From contig CADCTP010000412.1 of the NCBI GenBank assembly GCA_902805565.1, positions 1 through 53,213 of the forward strand: a stretch of 53,213 bases of DNA, given 5' to 3'. Position 1 is the first letter of the stretch; each line of letters starts with the position of its first letter. The position numbers were made by a program, and so were the translations under genes. The stretch is from an uncultured Mycobacteriales bacterium (GTDB taxonomy: Bacteria; Actinomycetota; Actinomycetes; Mycobacteriales; CADCTP01). The notes below the pieces were generated by a model, which was not told where the DNA came from, did not search any database, and saw only the letters and a list, made by a program, of their open reading frames with translations. Below, one piece after another: positions 43,473 to 51,974 of this stretch.

Positions 43473-44499
43473 GCCCGTCCTCCGGTTGCTGGACACGGTC
43501 GAGGTCGCCCCGGCGGTCCACGAGGAGGAGCCGACCCTGCTGGTCCGCGGCGACCGGATGCTGCGGATCCGCCGGCCGAGCCGGGCCGTGGCGGAGGCGC
43601 TGTCGATGCTCCGGCACGGTCTGGCCGAACCCGACATCACTGCCCCTGACGTACGGCGCCTGGTGGACGAGCTGTCCGGGCTCGGCTGGCTGACCGCGGA
43701 GCCGCCCTGGCCCGGTTCCGCGGCCGGGTGGGACCGGCAGGTCGGCTGGTGGTCGACGCTCACCGCCGACGGTCAGGCCGCGCAGCGCCGCGTGGCCGCC
43801 GCCGACGTGGCCGTCCTGGGGCTGGGCGGGATCGGCGCGCCGGTCGCGCAGCACCTCGCGGCCGGCGGCGTCGGCAGGCTCCGCCTGATCGACCCCGACG
43901 TGGTCGAGCCGCACAACCTCAACCGGCAGTACCTGTACGGCCGCGCCGACGTCGGCCGGGCCAAGGTGGACGCGGCGGCGGACGGGCTCGGCCGCCTGAC
44001 CGACACCGTCGGCCTGCAGCGGACCCGGCTCCGGGTCACCACCCCGGCGGACCTCGACGTGCTGCGCGGCAAGGTGGACCTGCTGGTGGTCGCGGCCGAC
44101 CGGCCCGCCGACCTGATGGACACCGTCTGGGCCTGGGCGGCGCCTCGGGGGGTGCCGGTCCTCGGTTCCGGGGTGGGCCTGGGCACCGGCTACTGGGGGC
44201 CGCTGCTCGACCCGCGCCGGGGCCACTGCTGGCCGTGCACCGAGCGGGCCCGGCGGCACCGGCTGAGCGCCGACGAACGCCGGCTGGAGGACCGCGGCGG
44301 CCCCACGCCGTACTCCTTCGGCCCGACGAACGCGATCATCGCCGACCATGTCGCCCGGGACGGGCTGCTGTTCCTCGCGCTCGGCCGGTGCATCAGCCTG
44401 GACCGTCGGGTCCTGCTCGACGTGGTCGGGATCCCGGCCGGCGGGGCGCCGCAGGCCGCCGGGTCTCCCGGATGTCGGCACACCGGGGGAACAGCATGA
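43450..44499 (+). CDS. E1/ThiF-family adenylating enzyme with a PqqD-like (RRE-like) N-terminal extension
   Basis: The nucleotide-binding motif is VAVLGLGGIGAPVAQHLAAGGVG (43819-43836 encodes GLGGIG), followed by RLIDPDVVEPHNLNRQYLY, VVAADRPAD and a CxxC (GHCWPC). N-terminal residues 10-85 (...RAVAEALSMLRHGLAEPDITAPDVRRLVDELSGLGWL) resemble PqqD/RRE. The start is GTG 43450 or 43465, and both overlap the rSAM 3' end. Confidence 0.8.
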   Translation: MRVPPVGEPVLRLLDTVEVAPAVHEEEPTLLVRGDRMLRIRRPSRAVAEALSMLRHGLAEPDITAPDVRRLVDELSGLGWLTAEPPWPGSAAGWDRQVGWWSTLTADGQAAQRRVAAADVAVLGLGGIGAPVAQHLAAGGVGRLRLIDPDVVEPHNLNRQYLYGRADVGRAKVDAAADGLGRLTDTVGLQRTRLRVTTPADLDVLRGKVDLLVVAADRPADLMDTVWAWAAPRGVPVLGSGVGLGTGYWGPLLDPRRGHCWPCTERARRHRLSADERRLEDRGGPTPYSFGPTNAIIADHVARDGLLFLALGRCISLDRRVLLDVVGIPAGGAPQAAGSPGCRHTGGTA

Positions 44500-46253
44500 T
44501 CGTCCTGGGGCTGTCGGCGCTGTACCACGACTCGGCGTGCGCGGTCTTCCGCGACGGCCGGCTGGTCGCGGCCGCGCAGGAGGAGCGGTTCACCCGGCGC
44601 CGGTTCGACCCGGCGATGCCGGTCCGGGCGGTCCGGGCCTGCCTGCGCGACGCCGGCCTCGGGATCGGCGACGTGGACCACGTCGCGTACTACGAGGACC
44701 CGGTGGGCAAGTTGAGCCGGCAACTGTGGATGGGCCTGCCCGCAGTCCCGGATGCGTCCCGGCGAACGCTGTTCCGGTTGGATGCGCGCCGCCCGGCCCG
44801 GCAGATCGAGGAACTGCTCGGGTATCCGGGTCCGGTCACCTTCGTCCCGCACCACGAGTCGCACGCGGCGAGCGCCTTCCACCAGTCCGGCTTCTCCGAC
44901 GCCGCGCTGTTCACGGCGGACGCGGTCGGCGAGTGGGCCACCACCAGCTACGGCACGGGCGGACCGAACCGGTTCGAGCTCTTCGAGCAGGTCGACTTCC
45001 CGCACTCGCTAGGCATCCTCTACAGCGCGGTCACGTCGTTCCTCGGCTTCGCGGTCAACAGCGACGAGTACAAGGTGATGGGGCTCGCGCCGTACGGGAC
45101 GCCGCGGTACGCCGACCGGCTGCGCGGGCTGCTGACCGACCTGCCGCGTGGGCAGTTCCGGTTGGACCAGGACTGCTTCGACCTCAGTGGGCGGTCGCCG
45201 ATGTACACGGCGGCGCTGGGCGAGCTGCTCGGCGCGGAGCCCCGGGAGCCGGAGTCCGCGCTGTCCGCCGCACACTCCGATCTGGCGGCCAGCGTGCAGC
45301 TCGTACTGGAGGACATCCTGCTGGCCAAGCTCCGCTTCCTGCACGCCGAAACCGGACTCGGGCGGCTCTGCTACGCCGGCGGGGTCGCGCTGAACTGCGT
45401 CGCCAACCGGGTGATCCGGGAGCGGGGCCCGTTCGCCGAGGTCTTCGTGCAGCCGGCGGCCGGGGACGCCGGCGCCGCGATCGGAGCGGCCGCGCTGGTC
45501 AGTGCCCGGCTCGGCGCGGGGGTCCGGCCGGAGCGGCTGACCGACGTACGGCTCGGACCGGCGCCCGACCTCGGGCCGGTGGCGGCCTGGCTGGCCGCGG
45601 CAGGCGTGCCGTTCGAGGCCCACACGGACGATGAGGCGGGACTGGTCGGGCGGGCCGCCGAGGAGTTGGCGGGGGGAGCGGTGCTGGGGTGGTTCCAAGG
45701 ACGGATGGAGTTCGGCCCGCGGGCGCTCGGGGCCCGCTCCATCCTCGCCGATCCGCGCCGTGGTGACATGCGCGACCACATCAACGCGCTGGTCAAGAAG
45801 CGCGAGGCGTTCAGGCCGTTCGCGCCGGCGGTGGTGGCCGAGCGTGCCGGCGAGTTCTTCGGGCTGGCCGGCGACTCGCCGTTCATGCTCTTCACCGCCG
45901 ATGTCCGCGAGCCGGCCGCGCTGCCCGCGGTCACCCACGTCGACGGCAGCGCTCGCGTGCAGACGGTGGACCGGGCGGTGGATCCGCGGTTCCATGCGCT
46001 GCTCACCGCCTTCGGTCGCCGCACCGGGTTCCCGGTGCTCCTCAACACCTCCTTCAACATGCGCGGCGAGCCGATCGTCGCGACCCCGGCCGACGCGCTG
46101 GCCTGCTTCGTACGGTCCCGGCTGGACGTGCTCGTCCTCGGGGACCTGGTCGTCCGGGCGGCGGACCTTCCCGCGCACTGGGCCGGCCTGGTGGACCAGC
46201 AGTTGCCGTACCAGCTCCCGACCCTGGACCGCGATGTCTACTCCTTCCTCTGA
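44496..46253 (+). CDS. NodU/CmcH-family carbamoyltransferase
   Basis: The ATG at 44496 overlaps the ThiF-like stop (ATGA). The N-terminus is MIVLGLSALYHDSACAVFRDGRLVAAAQEERFTRRRFD. Other typical stretches are HHESHAASAF, the YAGGVALNCVAN context and the C-terminal LLNTSFNMRGEPIVATPADALACF. Confidence 0.9.
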   Translation: MIVLGLSALYHDSACAVFRDGRLVAAAQEERFTRRRFDPAMPVRAVRACLRDAGLGIGDVDHVAYYEDPVGKLSRQLWMGLPAVPDASRRTLFRLDARRPARQIEELLGYPGPVTFVPHHESHAASAFHQSGFSDAALFTADAVGEWATTSYGTGGPNRFELFEQVDFPHSLGILYSAVTSFLGFAVNSDEYKVMGLAPYGTPRYADRLRGLLTDLPRGQFRLDQDCFDLSGRSPMYTAALGELLGAEPREPESALSAAHSDLAASVQLVLEDILLAKLRFLHAETGLGRLCYAGGVALNCVANRVIRERGPFAEVFVQPAAGDAGAAIGAAALVSARLGAGVRPERLTDVRLGPAPDLGPVAAWLAAAGVPFEAHTDDEAGLVGRAAEELAGGAVLGWFQGRMEFGPRALGARSILADPRRGDMRDHINALVKKREAFRPFAPAVVAERAGEFFGLAGDSPFMLFTADVREPAALPAVTHVDGSARVQTVDRAVDPRFHALLTAFGRRTGFPVLLNTSFNMRGEPIVATPADALACFVRSRLDVLVLGDLVVRAADLPAHWAGLVDQQLPYQLPTLDRDVYSFL

Positions 46254-48249
46254 GCCGGGTCGGCGGCCGGCCGGCCGGCACCGCCGCCGTGTCGACCGGC
46301 TCGCCCGCCTGCTCGCCGACGAGCGAGGCACCGAGCTGCTCGCCGAACTGCAGAAGCTCGGCCTCGAGGCCGGCCCCACCGGGTCCCGGCCGGCCGCCGG
46401 CGCCGCGCCGGCGGTGGCCGCGGTCGGTGTCTGGTGGGTGCTCCCCACCCCGTCCGGTCCGGAGCTGCGTCGACGGGAGCTGCCCGCGGAGGAGCTGCGC
46501 GGGTGGGCCGACGTCGAGCACGTCCCTGCCGCCGGGGAGGCGATACGGGTGGTGTTGCTGGGCGAGTCCACCGCCCGCGGCTTCCTGCTGGACCCGGTGT
46601 TCACCCCGGCCGTGGCGCTGCAGGACCGGCTGGATGCCGGCGGCGCGTACCAGGTCGTGGACCTCGCCCACGTCGGCGCGGACGCACGCGACCTGACCGA
46701 GGTCGCATCGGCGCTGCCGGCGCTGGAGCCGGACGTGGTGGTGGTGCTCGCCGGCAACAACTGGGCCCGGCCGCGGCACACCCCGGGGTCGCTCGACCTG
46801 CTGGCCGGCGCGCTGCGGGAGGGCGGCTACCCGGCGCTGCGCCGTGCGCACGCCGAGGGCGTCGTGGCACCGGGGATCGAGCGGGCGCTGGACGCGCTCG
46901 CGGCAGTGCCCGCGGCGCGGGTGGTCGTGGTGGTGCCCGAGTTCAACACCGGCGGTTGGGCGCCGGACCCGGAGCTGGAGCTGCCACCGCTGGCGCCGGC
47001 CGACCTGCGATCGTGGACGGCGCTGCGCAGGGCGGCCGAGACCGCGCTGGCGACCGGCGACCTGGCCGGGGTGCGCGCCGCGACGACTGCCATGACCCGG
47101 CTGGACGCCGGCACCAGCCCGGTCCCGGGCCGGCTGCGGGCGCTCGCCGCCACCGATCCGGACGAGGTCCGTACCGCCCTGGAGGAGTCCCGGGACGCGG
47201 GGACCGGCCTACTCACCACGCACACCCCGCGGCTCACCGCCGACGTCCGGGCCCGGTTGCTCGCCGGTGCCCGCCGCCGCGGCTTCGACGTGCTCGACCT
47301 CGCCCCGGTGCTGCGGGCCCACCCGGACGCTCCCTGCCCGGACCCCGACCTGTTCCTGGACTACTGCCACCTCAGCGCCCGGGGGACGGCCACGGTGACA
47401 GCGGCGGTGGCGGATGTGCTGACCGGTCGGCCGCCCGGTACGACCCCACCGGCGGGCTTGCCGACGCCGGACGACTCGGCGATCGCCGACCTGCTGGCCG
47501 CCGTCCACAACAGCTACTACGGCCAGTCGCGGGAGCGGGTCGAGGAACTGGTGCGGCGCGCGGTCAAGGAGAGTCCGGCGGGCCGGGAGTTCGCTGTCGC
47601 GTTGCGTGACCTGCTCGGTAGTGCGGGACCGGTGTGGACCTCACCCACGCTGCAGGTCCTGCTCCGGCGACCCCATGCCGCCCGCTACCTCGCGCCGCTG
47701 CTGTCCCGGGAGGCCGGGACGCTCGGGGTGTGGGGCCTGCGCGCGGCACTGCTGGCCGAGCTGGGCCCGCCCCCGACCACGCCGCCCCCACCCACGGTCG
47801 TGGATCTGCTCCGCGCCGCCGAACAGGGCCTGCTGGACGGCGCTTTCCGCTCGGTCACCCAGCAGCCGGAACGGTCGTTCTTCCGCGCGTTCGGAGTCGA
47901 GTCGCATTTCGGCTTCGCCCTTCCCGCTGCCAACGCGTCCGGGCGTATTCGCGTGACCGGTCGGGTACCGGCCGCGCTCGATCCGGCCGCACCGGTGCAC
48001 GTCCTGGTGAACGACTGCCCGATCGGCACCGTTCCGGCCGGTCCGGGCTGGAGTGCCGCGGACATTGTCGTGCCGCCCGGGGTGCTCCGGCCGGGAATTA
48101 ACGATCTGATGATCCGATGGCCGACGGGCGGCGCGGACTGGAAGAACCGGCAGCTCACAGACGCGCGGGCACTGGCCTGCGGGGAGTACCCGACGGTGCT
48201 CGCCGTTCAGGGTGAGGTCTTCGATATCCTGTTGGAACTCGACCGGTGA
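46234..48249 (+). CDS. SGNH-hydrolase-fold protein with a large uncharacterised C-terminal region
   Basis: The ATG at 46234 overlaps the carbamoyltransferase by 20 nt (alternative GTG 46291). SGNH-like block I is IRVVLLGESTARG, block III is VLAGNNW, and block V is LDYCHLS. The C-terminal region of about 300 aa has no motif I recognise. Confidence 0.65.
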   Translation: MSTPSSEPGRRPAGRHRRRVDRLARLLADERGTELLAELQKLGLEAGPTGSRPAAGAAPAVAAVGVWWVLPTPSGPELRRRELPAEELRGWADVEHVPAAGEAIRVVLLGESTARGFLLDPVFTPAVALQDRLDAGGAYQVVDLAHVGADARDLTEVASALPALEPDVVVVLAGNNWARPRHTPGSLDLLAGALREGGYPALRRAHAEGVVAPGIERALDALAAVPAARVVVVVPEFNTGGWAPDPELELPPLAPADLRSWTALRRAAETALATGDLAGVRAATTAMTRLDAGTSPVPGRLRALAATDPDEVRTALEESRDAGTGLLTTHTPRLTADVRARLLAGARRRGFDVLDLAPVLRAHPDAPCPDPDLFLDYCHLSARGTATVTAAVADVLTGRPPGTTPPAGLPTPDDSAIADLLAAVHNSYYGQSRERVEELVRRAVKESPAGREFAVALRDLLGSAGPVWTSPTLQVLLRRPHAARYLAPLLSREAGTLGVWGLRAALLAELGPPPTTPPPPTVVDLLRAAEQGLLDGAFRSVTQQPERSFFRAFGVESHFGFALPAANASGRIRVTGRVPAALDPAAPVHVLVNDCPIGTVPAGPGWSAADIVVPPGVLRPGINDLMIRWPTGGADWKNRQLTDARALACGEYPTVLAVQGEVFDILLELDR

Positions 48250-49571
48250 CTGTTCCGGAGAAGAGTCGGACAAGGGACGGGGAACGCTTCATGCGCCGGT
48301 CGTCCCTGCGGGGAACGGGCTTCTTCACGATCTGGTTGGGCGAGTCCCTCTCGCTCGTCGGGGCCCAGGTGACGTTCTTCGCGTTACCGCTGGTCGCCAT
48401 TCTCGCGCTGGACGCGGACGCGCTCGGGATGGGTCTGCTCACGGCGGCCGGATCGCTCGCCGTGCTGCTGCTCGCCCCGTCGATCGGGGTCTGGGCCGAC
48501 CACCACGAGCGCCGCACCACCATGGTGGTGGCGAACCTTGCCCGGGGCCTGCTGCTGGGCACCGTCCCTCTCGCGTACGTCCTCGACGCGCTCACCCTGC
48601 CGCTGCTGATCGCGGTGGCCTTCGGGGTCGGGGCGCTGACCCTCCTGTTCGACAGCGCCATGTCCTCGTACGTGCCGGCCCTGGTCGGACCGAAGCGGCT
48701 GGTGGCCGCGAACTCCTGGATGCAGAGCAGCATCTCGGTGGCGGACACCGCCGGCCCGGGCCTGGCCGGACTGCTGGTGCAGGTGCTCGGGGCGCCGATC
48801 GCGGTCCTCGCCGACGCGCTGAGCTACCTCGCCAGCACGGTGGCGCTGCTCGCGTCGCCCCGGGTCGGCAAGCCCCCGGAGCCGGCCGAGCGGGAGTTGC
48901 ACTGGGCCGCGATCAAGCAGGGCCTGCGGATCGTGCTCACCGACCGGATCCAGCGCCCGCTGGCGCTCGCCGCCGGTCACTTCAACCTTTTCACCTCCAT
49001 GTTCTTCACGCTCTACCTGCTCTTCCTGGTACGGACGCTGGACTTCAGCCCGCTGCTGATCGGCCTGCTGAACATCGCAGGTGGCGTGGCCGGCCTGACC
49101 GGCGCCGGGATCAGCGCCCGGCTCGCCCGTCGCTTCGGCTACGGCCCGGTGCTCACGGTCGTCTACGCCCTGCCCGGGGTCGCCGCACTGCTGGTGCCGC
49201 TGGCCGGCCGGGTCGGCCCGGTGTCCGGCGCGCTGCTCGTCGCCGCGTCCAGCGCCCTGTGGTCCGGCTCGGTGATCGTCAACCTGGTGCTGAGCGAGTC
49301 GATCAAGCAGGCGCTGGTGCCGCACCACCTGCTCGGTCGGGCCACGTCGATCATCCGGTTCATCAGCTTCGGGGTGGAGCCGATCGGGGCGCTGCTGGGT
49401 GCCGCGCTGGTCGGGCTCGGCCTCAGCCTCGGCGGCACCCTGGCCGTGGCGTCCATCGGGGTCGGTAGCAGCGCGGTGTGGCTGCTGGCCAGCGGCGTCG
49501 CCAAGTTGCAGGACCCGGTGTCGCCCGCACCCGCGCCGACGCCGGCCGGCACCGCACCCGAGGAGGTCTGA
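48246..49571 (+). CDS. MFS transporter (EntS/MFS_3-like efflux type)
   Basis: The GTG at 48246 overlaps the upstream stop (GTGA). The gene is 441 aa with about 12 hydrophobic segments. The N-terminal pattern FFTIWLGESLSLVGAQVTFFALPLVA and the stretch WADHHERRTTMVVANL are typical of the MFS_3 group. Confidence 0.85.
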   Translation: MTVPEKSRTRDGERFMRRSSLRGTGFFTIWLGESLSLVGAQVTFFALPLVAILALDADALGMGLLTAAGSLAVLLLAPSIGVWADHHERRTTMVVANLARGLLLGTVPLAYVLDALTLPLLIAVAFGVGALTLLFDSAMSSYVPALVGPKRLVAANSWMQSSISVADTAGPGLAGLLVQVLGAPIAVLADALSYLASTVALLASPRVGKPPEPAERELHWAAIKQGLRIVLTDRIQRPLALAAGHFNLFTSMFFTLYLLFLVRTLDFSPLLIGLLNIAGGVAGLTGAGISARLARRFGYGPVLTVVYALPGVAALLVPLAGRVGPVSGALLVAASSALWSGSVIVNLVLSESIKQALVPHHLLGRATSIIRFISFGVEPIGALLGAALVGLGLSLGGTLAVASIGVGSSAVWLLASGVAKLQDPVSPAPAPTPAGTAPEEV

Positions 49572-51205
49572 TGGGCTACATCGACGTGCAGAGCGTCGGC
49601 TACACGCTGTCCGACGGCCGCGTCCTGTTCGACGACGTGTCCTTCCGGGTCGGGGAGGGCAGCAAGACCGCCCTGATCGGCGCCAACGGCACCGGCAAGA
49701 CCACGCTGCTGCGGATGATCGCCGACGACCTGCGGCCGAGCACCGGCACCATCGCCCGCAAGGGCGGACTCGGGGTCATGCGGCAGTTCATCGGCTCCGT
49801 CCGGGACGGCACCGAGGTGCAGGACCTGCTGCTCGGGCTGTCCGGTCCGGACCTCCGCGGCAGCGGCGCCCGCCTGGCCCGGACGGAGCTGGCGATGATG
49901 GAGCGCGACGACGAGCCGGCCCAGATGGCGTACGCGCAGGCGCTGGCGGACTGGGGCGACGCCGGCGGCTACGAGGCGGAGACGCTCTGGGACGTCTGCA
50001 CCACGCTCGCGCTGGGCCAGTCCTTCGACGCGTGCCGTTACCGGAAGGTCGCGACCCTGTCCGGCGGCGAGCAGAAGCGGCTGGCGCTGGAGGTCCTGCT
50101 GCGCGGCACCGACCAGGTGCTGCTGCTCGACGAGCCGGACAACTACCTCGACGTGCCCGGCAAGCGCTGGCTGGAACAGGCGCTGGCCGAGTCGCCGAAG
50201 ACGGTCCTGCTGGTCAGTCACGACCGGGAGTTGCTGGCCAACACCACCTCCCGGCTGGTCACCCTGGAGGCACACGGCGCGTGGGTGCACGGCGGCGCCA
50301 CCAGCCGGGCCACCTGGGAGAGCTACCCGAAGGCCCGGCAGGACCGCCGCGAGCGGCTGGCCGAGCTGCACCGGCGCTGGGACGAGGAGCACGAGCGGCT
50401 GCGCCAGCTGGTCCTCACGCTCCGGGAACAGGCCAAGATCAGCCCGGCGATGGCGTCGAAGCTGGCCGCGACCGAGACCCGGCTCGCCCGGTTCGAAGCG
50501 TCCCCGCGGCCGGCCGAGCAGCCGGTCGAGCAGAAGGTCACGATGCGGCTGCGCGGCGGCCGTACCGGGGTGCGGGCGCTGGCCTGCGAGTCCCTCGAGC
50601 TCACCGGTCTCATGCGGCCCTTCGACCTGGCCGTGGACTACGGGGAGCGCATCGCGGTGCTGGGCAGCAACGGCTCCGGCAAGTCGCACTTCCTCCGCCT
50701 GCTCGCCGGCCAGCCGGTCGCGCACACCGGGGCCGTACGGCTCGGCGCCCGGGTGGTGCCCGGCTGGTTCGCCCAGACCCACGAGCAGCCCCAACTCGCC
50801 GACCGGACGGTGGTGGAGATCCTGCACCGCGGCGAGGGCGGGCGGTCCGGACTCGACCGGGGCGCTGCGATGGGTGCGCTGCGCCGCTACGAGTTGGATG
50901 TCGCCGCGGACCAGACCTTCCCGTCGCTGTCCGGAGGCCAGCAGGCGCGGCTGCAGGTGCTGCTGCTGGAGCTGTCCGGCTGCACGATGCTGCTGCTGGA
51001 CGAGCCGACGGACAACCTGGACCTGGCCTCCGCAGAGGCGCTGGAGCAGGGGCTGCAGGGTTTCGACGGCACGGTGCTGGTGGTCACGCACGATCGCTGG
51101 TTCGCCCGGGGTTTCGAGCGCTTCCTGGTCTTCGGCGCCGACGGCCGCGTGTACGAGTCGAGCGAGCCGGTGTGGGACGAGGCGAGGGTCGCCCGGGCCC
51201 GGTGA
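49571..51205 (+). CDS. ABC-F family ATPase (two ABC domains, no TM domain)
   Basis: The ATG at 49571 shares its A with the MFS stop (TGATG) and follows GAGGAGG. Walker A motifs are GANGTGKTT and GSNGSGKSH. Signature motifs are LSGGEQKRLAL and LSGGQQARLQV. The inter-domain linker is charged and helical. Confidence 0.9.
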   Translation: MGYIDVQSVGYTLSDGRVLFDDVSFRVGEGSKTALIGANGTGKTTLLRMIADDLRPSTGTIARKGGLGVMRQFIGSVRDGTEVQDLLLGLSGPDLRGSGARLARTELAMMERDDEPAQMAYAQALADWGDAGGYEAETLWDVCTTLALGQSFDACRYRKVATLSGGEQKRLALEVLLRGTDQVLLLDEPDNYLDVPGKRWLEQALAESPKTVLLVSHDRELLANTTSRLVTLEAHGAWVHGGATSRATWESYPKARQDRRERLAELHRRWDEEHERLRQLVLTLREQAKISPAMASKLAATETRLARFEASPRPAEQPVEQKVTMRLRGGRTGVRALACESLELTGLMRPFDLAVDYGERIAVLGSNGSGKSHFLRLLAGQPVAHTGAVRLGARVVPGWFAQTHEQPQLADRTVVEILHRGEGGRSGLDRGAAMGALRRYELDVAADQTFPSLSGGQQARLQVLLLELSGCTMLLLDEPTDNLDLASAEALEQGLQGFDGTVLVVTHDRWFARGFERFLVFGADGRVYESSEPVWDEARVARAR

Positions 51206-51250
51206 GCCGGCCCGGCGGGCGACATCCATCCTGATCGAGGGAGAGCAGCG

Positions 51251-51973
51251 ATGACCGCAGCAGTCACCGACGCGACCGTCCGGGCGGCCGCGGCCGCGCA
51301 CCGCCGGGCGTTGATCGAGCAGTTCACCGGTCCGGTGGTCGCCGAGGCGGTCCGGCGGATCGGCCCGGCCGGCAGGGACATCCTCACCCCGATGTCCCTG
51401 CTGCCGCCCGAGCGGACCGAGCCGCTGCTGGCCTGCCTGAGCGAGCAGCAGGCGTGGCGGCAGGAGAAGTGGCTGATCTTCCCGGACGAGAGCGTGCGGA
51501 TGTGCTCCGACGAGGAGTTCGCCGCCGCCGCGCCGCACACGCGCTTCTCCTACAACGACTGCCTGCGCTCGCTGCCGAAGGACGCCTACCCGGTGCGCGG
51601 CCTGCTGTCGGCGATGGAGAGCCCCGAGGTGGCCGCCGCGCTGTCCGAGGCGTACGGGGCGGGGATCGAGCTCAAGGGCATCGACATGGCCCGCTACACC
51701 GAGGGCCACTACCTGCGCCGGCACGCGGACACCTTCGCCGACCGGCGCTTCGGGTTCATCTTCTTCGTGTCCGACGGCTGGGTGCCGGGCAGCGGCGGCG
51801 AGCTCGTCGTGGAGGCGCCGAGCGGCGAGGCGCGGGTCGCCTACCCGGTGCGCGGCGACGTGGCGCTGCTCCGGATCAGCCCGGGCTTCCAGCACGAGGT
51901 CTGCCAGGTCCGCTCCGCCACCTGGACCCGCTACGTGCTGTCGATCCACTTCGGCATCCGCGCCGGGGGCTGA
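51251..51973 (+). CDS. 2OG-Fe(II) oxygenase superfamily protein
   Basis: 240 aa. The HxD is in GHYLRRHADTF, the distal His is in GFQHEV, and an Arg lies in TRYVLSIHF. These are consistent with the prolyl-hydroxylase-like 2OG oxygenase fold. Confidence 0.65.
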   Translation: MTAAVTDATVRAAAAAHRRALIEQFTGPVVAEAVRRIGPAGRDILTPMSLLPPERTEPLLACLSEQQAWRQEKWLIFPDESVRMCSDEEFAAAAPHTRFSYNDCLRSLPKDAYPVRGLLSAMESPEVAAALSEAYGAGIELKGIDMARYTEGHYLRRHADTFADRRFGFIFFVSDGWVPGSGGELVVEAPSGEARVAYPVRGDVALLRISPGFQHEVCQVRSATWTRYVLSIHFGIRAGG

Positions 51974-51974
51974 G

